NCBI GenBank assembly: GCA_051294375.1 | Contig: JBJCIZ010000092.1 | Location: forward strand, 1-8,164 | DNA from: Paraspadella gotoi | Taxonomy: Eukaryota > Animalia > Chaetognatha | Direction of reading: 5' to 3' | Length of the DNA stretch: 8,164 bases | Part shown: positions 1 to 6,399 of the stretch, piece by piece | Position numbering within the stretch: the stretch's first letter is position 1 | Layout of the letters: each line of letters opens with the position of its first letter | Made by a program: the position numbers and the translations under genes | The notes under the pieces: model-generated | What the model was told of the DNA's origin: nothing | Database searches by the model: none | The model's input: only the letters and a program-made list of their open reading frames with translations

Positions 1-426
1 TTCTGCCAATTCCGGGTCATTGATGGCGACGAAGGGAGTGGGAACCCGATAGTAGCCAATTCTGCCAGCGCGTTGCGTGCCCTTTTCCATGAGCTCGTGC
101 GCGCGTTTGTAAGCCGATGGCCTGAGAAGGACGGACAATGATTTGAGAGCTTCCCAAGTCGACTCGGAGGGCATCGTGGAGAGGGGCTTCAGCGGCGCGG
201 ACTTCGGCTGCGGAGGCGTGGAATGGCGCTGAGAGGACGCAGAGTCTTCGGGCGCCGCGGAGATATTTACAGTTGACGAGGAGCGCAGGGGGAAGACGCA
301 TGACGCCGCAGTGCAGCGCACCTGCTCGGCAACGCCGCGGAGCAGCGGGAAACTCGTCGACGCCGCTGGAAAAAAGTTTGACGACGAAATTGCGGCGGCG
401 ATTAAACTTCGGGGCGGGCGAAACAT
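1..426 (-). CDS. Mitochondrial-clan cytochrome P450, first coding exon (continues beyond the window edge)
   Basis: Stop-free frame from AAAA-ATG (426) to base 1, 142 codons: MFRPPRSLIAAAISSSNFFPAASTSFPLLRGVAEQVRC...APLKPLSTMPSESTWEALKSLSVLLRPSAYKRAHELMEKGTQRAGRIGYYRVPTPFVAINDPELAE. The Arg/Ser/Ala-rich, acid-poor start resembles a mitochondrial presequence. LKPLSTMP resembles the KPFxxIPGP motif, and H.....YG.I......V...DPE.. is the usual P450 N-terminal pattern. The heme motif is outside the window. Confidence 0.75.
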   Translation of the reverse strand, partial: MFRPPRSLIAAAISSSNFFPAASTSFPLLRGVAEQVRCTAASCVFPLRSSSTVNISAAPEDSASSQRHSTPPQPKSAPLKPLSTMPSESTWEALKSLSVLLRPSAYKRAHELMEKGTQRAGRIGYYRVPTPFVAINDPELAE

Positions 427-548
427 TTTTTTTTTGTTTTGAAAATTTAAAATTTAAGTTTGACGGCTTTTTTAATTGACTTTTGAGAAATGTTTAACTT
501 TTAAGAAATATTTTAACATAGAGACGTGACATCGGAAGGTCGAATCAC

Positions 549-768
549 GCATCAAACAAATATTTAATTTGAAGAGACCAGTAATCTATTGATAAGTTTT
601 AATGAAGAACCGTTCAATATAAGTAGTCCTGAGCTTCGGATCAGGCTGTAACACCATGTTACAGGCGGGGTTAAGCGCCCCGTCCCTCTAACTGCCAGAC
701 GACCACCGGGCTAGCCACCCGGACCTTTGGGTTGGGAGGCGAATGACTTGCCTCCGGCACCAATGGCC
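549..768 (-). mobile_element. tRNA-derived SINE-like element, copy A (B box mutated)
   Basis: Its reverse complement aligns with 2659-2884. It starts GGCCATTGGTGCCGGAGG (A-box-like), contains TTCGCCTCCCAA (like a tRNA-Gly-CCC anticodon arm), and reads GGTGGCTAGCCC where copy B has the B box GGGTTCTAGCCC. The 3' boundary is approximate. Confidence 0.75.
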
Positions 769-1171
769 GCTGATGAAGCGGTTAGTGGATTATTATCCAA
801 CCATAATTCATATATTTCTCTTGCTAAACAATGTTTAACAGAATTTTGCAGAGTTTTTTCTATATTCCATCGCCTATCATTTTGGTTGGCAATAGCCTTG
901 GCTGAACATCGAGAAAGGGAGTCTATTTTCAACCTGCCCAGACGTCTGATTCATAAAGAAAGAGAAGCTCGTTCTGACCTCATTATCTCTTCGAAAACAA
1001 AAGGCAGGCGGCCACGAAAAAAATATTCCATTAAATTTAATTATTTAAACACTCAGTAACGTTTAACATGAAGTGGGTATATAGTAGTGAGTCTGATTTC
1101 TTTTACCACTTTTTTCACATAAGGACAGTAGGAGGAATATACGCACGTAGTTGTCGTTAAATAATGTCTTA

Positions 1172-1245
1172 TTTATTTACAAGTATAACAATGTGTTTTG
1201 AAGCATTTTTTTTACAATTTTAACAACAGCCGGGTTTCATTTATT
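1172..1245 (-). promoter_or_regulatory. Candidate polyadenylation signals of the SLC16-like gene
   Basis: AATAAA on the minus strand at 1240-1245 and 1172-1177, about 40 and 110 nt after the TAA at 1287-1289. The AT-rich context makes chance hits likely. Confidence 0.4.
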
Positions 1246-1286
1246 GTAGTAACACAATCAAAAAAGGAAATAAAACAATGGGAAGA

Positions 1287-1390
1287 TTAAACCGCTTTGT
1301 TTCTTCGGTGAACGATGACGACGAAGACGAGAAAGAGCGACGCGACGAATCCCAAAGCCGCGAGGAAATAAAACGCGTCCCGGTACGAAT
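1287..1390 (-). CDS. SLC16-like transporter, terminal exon (TM12)
   Basis: Acceptor tttttag, then (D)SYRDAFYFLAALGFVASLFLVFVVIVHRRNKAV*. This matches the 'gsY..aF...g' TM12 signature, and phase 1 fits the upstream exon. Confidence 0.8.
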
Positions 1391-1732
1391 CTAAAAATCA
1401 AAGATTAATAACGATGCTGTAATACTGTACGATATTTAGCGTATTAAAGAAATCTATTAGAGTTGATTGTGGCGAAGAATGTTTTGTTACTCCGGATTCA
1501 ACGCTATTTAAATGGAGGGCAGAATAGATTAGTCATAATACTCAAAACTAACACAGAGAAAAACTTTCTCTTGTCACTTGTCTCTAGTCTTTTTCTCTCT
1601 TTCTCTCTCTATCGGGCTCTTGCTAGCATAAAATTTTCATAAATAAACCTGGCAATTTCATACCCATAGTTAAAAATATAGTCGAATAAAGCGGAACATG
1701 AAATTTTGCAAGTTTCTTTGTCAGTTGGTAAA

Positions 1733-1760
1733 TCCTAAGTCCTAAGTCCTAAGTCCTAAC
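1733..1760 (+). repeat. 7-bp tandem repeat (TCCTAAG)3 TCCTAAC
   Basis: Read directly; lies in an intron of the SLC16-like gene. Confidence 0.9.
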
Positions 1761-1844
1761 CAAAAACCGATGTCACCCACCTGGACCCAGACATTTATCA
1801 GAAAAGTCTCAAATGCAAACAAAAATTTCTATTATTAATTTTTT

Positions 1845-1901
1845 TTCTTTATTTATCTATTTATTTACTTATATATTTATTTCTTAATTTATTTATTTAT
1901 T
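1845..1901 (+). repeat. Degenerate (ATTT)n low-complexity tract
   Basis: ttatttatctatttatttacttat...atttatttattt. Confidence 0.7.
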
Positions 1902-1927
1902 AAGCTTAAATACTCAACACTCCTCAC

Positions 1928-2086
1928 CCCTTTGATCGAGGTGCAGCCCTATGATGGGCGGGAAGGCGGCGTTGGTGACTCCACCGGCGAATTGAAGGAA
2001 TCCCGTGGACTGCTGCAGCGTGTGGGCGCCGAGAAGATCGGCGGGGACTGAGGAGTAGAGAGGGCGGAAGGCGCCGGAACAGAAGC
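1928..2086 (-). CDS. SLC16-like transporter exon (TM10-TM11)
   Basis: Acceptor ccatctag, donor gtgagg. Encodes (G)FCSGAFRPLYSSVPADLLGAHTLQQSTGFLQFAGGVTNAAFPPIIGLHLDQR; the 'DLLG' and 'PPI.G.l.D' motifs are typical of SLC16. Confidence 0.85.
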
Positions 2087-2390
2087 CTAGATGGAATCGA
2101 GTGAGAAAAATGAAAGTAAATACAAATATAAACAAGAATGACAGATAAAAAGTTAAAAACAATTTAATAGAAAAAAAATTAAATCTATAAGGTAAAAAAA
2201 AAAATTTAATGATTGCGAAAGACAAAAAAAGATAACAAAATAATAAATAAGTTACTAAGATATAAAACTATAGATTACTATTTCCTCAGTCCTAACGCTT
2301 TAATTACAGTTACATCTAAACTGAACAGCATCCAATAATCCGATCAAACATCAAATCGCGGTCCCCCACTAGCGGTCGCTCGTGTCTCAC

Positions 2391-2658
2391 CCATGACGAC
2401 AACGACGACGACGACGTCCAAAAACCCCCGCGTCAGCGGCAGCGTTGCCGTCGCCGCGGCGAAGCCGCAGGCGATGGCGAGCAGCAGCGTCGGCCTTTCG
2501 ACGGATAGGCGAGGCAAGATGCCAAGCACGCCGATGACCAAGCAGCCGACGGCCTCGAAGGCGGAGTAGATGGATTGAACGGTCGCTGCTTGCCAAACGG
2601 TTAGGGACAAGTCGTGTTCGATGTAGGCGACCAGGTAAATGACCGTCGATTGGATAGA
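2391..2658 (-). CDS. SLC16-like transporter exon fragment (end of TM7 to TM10), 5' part replaced by the SINE
   Basis: SIQSTVIYLVAYIEHDLSLTVWQAATVQSIYSAFEAVGCLVIGVLGILPRLSVERPTLLLAIACGFAAATATLPLTRGFLDVVVVVVVM(G), donor gtgaga. The upstream MGWEANDLPPAPMA of ORF 2344..2700 is SINE sequence. Confidence 0.8.
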
Positions 2659-2884
2659 GGCCATTGGTGCCGGAGGCAAGTCATTCGCCTCCCAACCCAA
2701 AGGTCCGGGGTTCTAGCCCGGTGGTCGTCTGGCAGTTTAGAGGGACGGGGCGCTTAACCCGCCTGTAACATGGTGTTACAGCCTGATCCGAAGCTCAGGG
2801 ACTACTTATATTGAACGGTTCTATCACTAACTCATAACAATAATTACTGTCTCTTCACAATGAATAATTTTATATTGTTTGTGC
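2659..2884 (+). mobile_element. tRNA-derived SINE-like element, copy B
   Basis: The head GGCCAT-TGGTGCCGGAGG...TCGCCTCCCAA...AGGTCCGGGGTTCTAGCCCGGTGGTCG has Pol III A-box-like and B-box-like motifs at tRNA spacing, but its anticodon and T stems are broken. A non-tRNA body with hairpins and an AT-rich tail follow. Both copies begin at the same base. No TSD seen. Confidence 0.8.
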
Positions 2885-2926
2885 CAATTTTATTTGGAAG
2901 CCAAGTATTTCAGTAGTGATTTTAAG

Positions 2927-3299
2927 AAACAAGAACGTTAATTGAAATGTGTTGCGCCGCAGTGACTGCCTTATCACGTGTATTTTTCCTGACATGACAT
3001 AACATGAAATGACATGACCTGACATGAAACAATAATTTCTTATCCCACGCACTGCATCGAATTCGTCTTTTGTTTCTTTTTTTTTAATTTTAGGATTTCC
3101 TGAAGGCGGCGCTAGTAGTCACATTAATTTGAGGATTTTCCCTTCTTAACAACTGAGCATCGAGCAACCAACTATATGCAAGTTATGAGCATTTTTAATG
3201 TAAGTAGGACAGACCGACGGATGGACATACCGACAGACCGACCGACAGAAAAGTATCTTATAGATTTGCTCCGCGAGTACTCGCGGCGCAGCTAAAAAA
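2927..3299 (-). mobile_element. Non-autonomous Helentron-associated (DINE-1/HINE/pearl-like) element, apparently full length
   Basis: On the minus strand it starts TTTTTAGCTGCGCCGC, with the perfect palindrome CCGCGAGTACTCGCGG (3271-3286). A GACA/GACC/GACG tetranucleotide tract follows (3208-3249). A matching subterminal inverted repeat is present (TGCGCCGC 2953-2960 vs GCGGCGCA 3283-3290), and the element ends ...CTTGTTT. This order is the established HINE architecture. Confidence 0.7.
2990..3027 (+). repeat. Degenerate (TGACA)n pentamer tract inside the HINE-like element
   Basis: tgacatgacataacatgaaatgacatgacctgacatga. Confidence 0.8.
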
Positions 3300-3502
3300 T
3301 CATATTGATTAAAAGCTTGCATGGTCTAGCTTACAGAGGACTATACACTGTCTTCATGTCTATATTCTGAGAATAAAATTCCACTTTGGTTTCATATTGA
3401 AATCTCTGTCTACTTACTTAAATGATACCATTGCACCTTCCTGGCTGTATTAATATTAAATAGATATTGTTGGTTGAAAAAATTAGACACACAAATTTTC
3501 AC

Positions 3503-3762
3503 CAGCTTCGAGATGATGATCGCGCCAGCCATCACGATGGTCGGCGCGCAGGCGAAGGGCAGTGCTCCGCCGAGGACGATCAATTCCGGAAGCGTCCGAG
3601 ACATCGACGCCACTGCCAAGCAGACGCCAAAGACGACGCCGGAAATCGTCGGCGCCATCCAGAGCGGAAATCCGGCGTTGAAGGCGAAAGAGACGAAGAC
3701 GGCGATGCAAGGACCGAGACCGTTGGAGGAGCTTTGCACCATGGAAACGGCCGAGGCGGATT
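3503..3762 (-). CDS. SLC16-like transporter exon 2 (TM2-TM4)
   Basis: Acceptor ttctctcag, donor gtgaaa. Encodes (E)SASAVSMVQSSSNGLGPCIAVFVSFAFNAGFPLWMAPTISGVVFGVCLAVASMSRTLPELIVLGGALPFACAPTIVMAGAIIISKL. Confidence 0.8.
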
Positions 3763-3821
3763 CTGAGAGAAAGAGAGGAGAGAGGAGGAGGGAGAGAGAA
3801 AGATAGGGACATGACCCTCAC

Positions 3822-3963
3822 CTTGAAACTCCTGCTTCCAGTCTTGAAAGAAGAGGCCCAAGTTTAAATTGAGTCCGAGAAAAATGAAGAAATTTCCAAA
3901 GAGACAAATCGCGAGTGGAAAATCCGAAGATTTCACAAAAGTTTTTAGTTCGAAATCCGACAT
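3822..3963 (-). CDS. SLC16-like transporter exon 1 (TM1)
   Basis: MSDFELKTFVKSSDFPLAICLFGNFFIFLGLNLNLGLFFQDWKQEFQ, then G|gtgagg. 'G....GlFF.....EF..S.S..S' is the SLC16 TM1-loop pattern. A 59-bp pyrimidine-rich intron follows. Confidence 0.8.
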
Positions 3964-4245
3964 CTTTAAATCAATTCGTGGTTCAGTTTAATCTATTTTA
4001 ATGTATTTTAATCTATTTTAATTGTCGAATTCCATCTTTTTTTTTTTTGGTGTTTTTATTAATTTTAACAACATGCTGAATATAGACGAAAGTCAAATTA
4101 GACTGAAAAAAAAATTCCAGTCAGAAACCGATATTCGGCGCCAAAGCTTCCAAGTAGCGATTTTTAAATTTCGTAAACCAGAGCGTTAATTCCCCACCAT
4201 CGTAATTTCTAAACCGAAATTAACCCTTTTCGCTAATTTGGTCGT

Positions 4246-4272
4246 GGGTCAGGTCATGAGGTCATGGGGTCA
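4246..4272 (+). promoter_or_regulatory. Cluster of RGGTCA nuclear-receptor half sites (tandem DR2)
   Basis: GGGTC-AGGTCA-tg-AGGTCA-tg-GGGTCA, about 290 bp upstream of the SLC16-like ATG. Function is not shown. Confidence 0.3.
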
Positions 4273-4489
4273 TTTTCGATCGAGCGGTCTTATCCCTTCG
4301 GCTACTCTTATTGAAGTCTCCGCTGATGCACCAACTGTAAGGAGCTGGAGAAAATGGCAGGAGATTCTATTCTATTCTATGAGAGGCAAGCATATTATCA
4401 ATATATTACCTAGAAAAGTATGGGAATGTTTGAGGATAGTATGCTGATTGCTGAACCGTCAATGATCAGATCAGATGAGGATCATGAGT

Positions 4490-4523
4490 CAGTATAAAAT
4501 ACTACAGTATAAAATACTACAGT
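4490..4523 (+). repeat. Perfect 15-bp tandem duplication
   Basis: CAGTATAAAATACTA x2 + CAGT. Confidence 0.9.
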
Positions 4524-4847
4524 CAGTAACGTTCTTTACGATTTTTTGACAATTCCAACTCACTTTAGCTTCGTATATAAAAAAATGTAATCACTACTCA
4601 AACGAAAAATTATTGCATTCTAACTACAGACAGATATATGAAAGTTGGCCGCTGCGATGTTCAAAAAATTGTTCTTTTATTTTTGCTAGAGATGATCTAG
4701 AGATCTCGCTCGCTTCACTGAGTATGACGTTACTGGCCAAAGAGGTAAAATGCATGTAATATTTCCAATAATTCTATTTTAATATTTAAATTCACTTTAA
4801 TAATAATAGTTAAACCCCATTTAAATAAAATAATAATTCAATCCAGC

Positions 4848-4853
4848 TTTATT
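4848..4853 (-). promoter_or_regulatory. Candidate polyadenylation signal of the EF-hand gene
   Basis: AATAAA on the minus strand, about 140 nt after the stop at 4994. Confidence 0.35.
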
Positions 4854-4993
4854 TTTCTGTACACGATCTCGTTCTTGTGGCGGTAGTTCTCTGAATGAAA
4901 CCTTTATGGTACAAAAATGAGGTATTCAAAAATAAATTTAACAACGTTACGATTCAGACGTATCACCTAACAAAAGAGTCAGCCCCTCCCTGC

Positions 4994-5191
4994 TCAAACT
5001 TTCTTCCCCCCTTCCGAAAGAGGCGCTACTGTTGTCCAATTAAATGTCGTCCCAAAGTTCACTGAATCTGGCCAGGTGATCTGTTCATCGTCGGAATCTT
5101 GATCGTCGATTTTGTTAAAAGTGGATTCGATCTCAGATTGAGTGATGAAGTTGTCGTCGTTGTCATTTATCTTGTCTTCGAGAGCGTCGGC
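4994..5191 (-). CDS. Secreted EF-hand protein, exon 4 (EF3 and degenerate EF4)
   Basis: Acceptor ccccaccag. Encodes ADALEDKINDNDDNFITQSEIESTFNKIDDQDSDDEQITWPDSVNFGTTFNWTTVAPLSEGGKKV*; loop NDNDDNFITQSE. Confidence 0.8.
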   Translation of the reverse strand, partial: ADALEDKINDNDDNFITQSEIESTFNKIDDQDSDDEQITWPDSVNFGTTFNWTTVAPLSEGGKKV

Positions 5192-5200
5192 CTGGTGGGG

Positions 5201-5260
5201 AGAGGAAGAGAGAGAGAGAGGGAAAGAGAGAGAGAGAGAGAGAGAGAAAGGGAGAGAGAA
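5201..5260 (+). repeat. Interrupted (GA)n microsatellite
   Basis: Read directly; forms the polypyrimidine tract of intron 3 on the minus strand. Confidence 0.95.
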
Positions 5261-5320
5261 AGTCAAATACGGGCAATTGGAGACTAAAAGGACAAAGACA
5301 AAATGTTGAGGAAAGTGAGC

Positions 5321-5322
<2 letters not shown>

Positions 5323-5360
<38 letters not shown>
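5323..5360 (+). repeat. Perfect (AG)19 microsatellite
   Basis: Read directly; lies in intron 3 of the EF-hand gene. Confidence 0.95.
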
Positions 5361-5363
<3 letters not shown>

Positions 5364-5374
5364 AGGAGTCTCAC

Positions 5375-5468
5375 CTCGTCGTCGGTCAAACCCAAGCTTT
5401 TCGCTTGAACTATAAATTCGTCGACCGTAACATCCCCGTCGTTGTTCATATCGAAGCTCGTCGCGAAA
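5375..5468 (-). CDS. Secreted EF-hand protein, exon 3 (canonical EF2)
   Basis: Acceptor taaaccag, donor gtgaga. Encodes (N)FATSFDMNNDGDVTVDEFIVQAKSLGLTDDE, with the canonical loop DMNNDGDVTVDE. Confidence 0.85.
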
Positions 5469-5735
5469 CTGGTTTAAAGTTTAAGAGAACCTGAATAATC
5501 TTTGAATGGACACACAGAAATGCGCGAAAAAAATACTTTATTATTTATTATCTAAGAACTTAATATAGTTAACATCCAGGAAAAGCAAAGGTTAAACCTA
5601 ACGCTTGTGTTAATTCAAATAAATATAATTGACGCATTGTATTTTATTCGTGATTGATTGTAACTTTATTAAATCGATTGATTGATATTTATATTGATGA
5701 TTGATTGTGACTTTATTTGCTGATCTCCTACGAAC

Positions 5736-5819
5736 TTGTCCATTTCTCCTTGAGTCACATATTGATTGCCTTCCGTGTTCATTTTGGCGAAAAACGTTCG
5801 GCCCTTACTCTGGGGGAGT
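5736..5819 (-). CDS. Secreted EF-hand protein, exon 2 (EF1)
   Basis: Acceptor tgacttcag; donor gttcgt (phase 2, fits exon 3). Encodes (G)LPQSKGRTFFAKMNTEGNQYVTQGEMD; loop NTEGNQYVTQGE. Confidence 0.75.
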
Positions 5820-6092
5820 CTGAAGTCAAATAAACAAATAAATGAAATATTTAACTTAAACATTTTTGTTTGTTGCGTTTTCCATCTCTTTGAGCAACAA
5901 ACTTTTTACTTAAAACTTTTCATGTACTATAATTTTCATAATTTTTAATGCGATAATTTTTTATTTGTCTGATACTATACATGCATACATGTATACAATT
6001 ACAGGTTTGTATTTTCGACAGCCCAGTATTTAACGTCTTACTTAGGAGAAAATTAAAGTTTTATTGAATTGTGCAACGAATTTTATTTGTTC

Positions 6093-6141
6093 AGATACGG
6101 ACATGTTTCGGCTTGTAATGTTCAAGCCTTCATCAGCGTCT
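6093..6141 (-). ncRNA. Minimal type I hammerhead ribozyme (Penelope-like-element/retrozyme type)
   Basis: RNA: AGACG-CUGAUGA-A-GGCUUG-AACAUUA-CAAGCC-GAAAC-AU-GUC/CGUAUCU. It has the complete CUGAUGA and GAAA core, a perfect 6-bp stem II, a palindromic ACAUGU mini stem III, a GUC cleavage triplet (cut between 6100 and 6099) and a short stem I (ACG/CGU). Confidence 0.85.
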
Positions 6142-6399
6142 ACTACATTTTTGAAATAAATAACAAAAACTTCTTACTTAAATTTACGCTTAGATTGTTG
6201 TAATACTAATTTTTTCTAAACAATTAAAAATTAGAATTATTCGTTACAAAATCAATGTAAAAAAAATAATCCATTACTTTTCAAGTATTCTAAAACTGTA
6301 TCAAACTAAATCCTAGGAACTTATAAAAATTGACCAGACTGCTGTATGTATGTAATTTGCCATTACTACATATGTAACCCCACCGTCATAAAATCTTAC

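Larger units (their letters stand above)
1287..3963 (-). pseudogene. SLC16/monocarboxylate transporter-like MFS gene, internally disrupted (TM5-TM6 and central loop missing)
   Basis: Five exon segments: 3963-3822, 3762-3503, 2658-2391, 2086-1928, 1390-1287. The retained junctions are GT-AG and phase-compatible. The 134-aa N-part matches TM1-4 of SLC16-type MFS and the 176-aa C-part matches the end of TM7 to TM12. The third segment has no splice acceptor of its own and abuts the SINE head. Pseudogene status is inferred. Confidence 0.6.

Noticed and set aside
17-479. ORFs 17..301 and 273..479
   Set aside because: Alternative-frame and antisense shadows of the GC-rich P450 exon.
620-768. HDV-like ribozyme suggested by GGCGAAUGAC
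   Set aside because: I could not build P1/P3/L3 or the nested pseudoknot.
765-815. Second hammerhead at CTGATGA (770-776, + strand)
   Set aside because: A hairpin follows, but there is no GAAA core or NUH site in the right place.
711-1059. ORFs 711..932 and 727..1059; faint resemblance of 711..932 to a GIY-YIG C-terminus
   Set aside because: Both ORFs overlap SINE sequence. The conserved His/Asn residues are missing and an in-frame stop lies just upstream, so this is not supportable without an HMM search.
1733-1760. Interstitial telomeric repeat (contains TTAGG on the minus strand)
   Set aside because: The unit is 7 bp with only four copies; ordinary slippage explains it.
2659-2730. Functional tRNA-Gly(CCC) gene
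   Set aside because: The anticodon stem has C-C mismatches and the T arm is out of register. Homology between the copies extends about 150 bp past the tRNA-like part, which fits a SINE head.
3467-3821. ORFs 3467..3766, 3474..3806 and 3483..3821
   Set aside because: Shadows of SLC16 exon 2 and its GA-rich intron.
5099-5494. ORFs with ERERER runs
   Set aside because: Translations of (GA)n microsatellites, antisense to the EF-hand gene.
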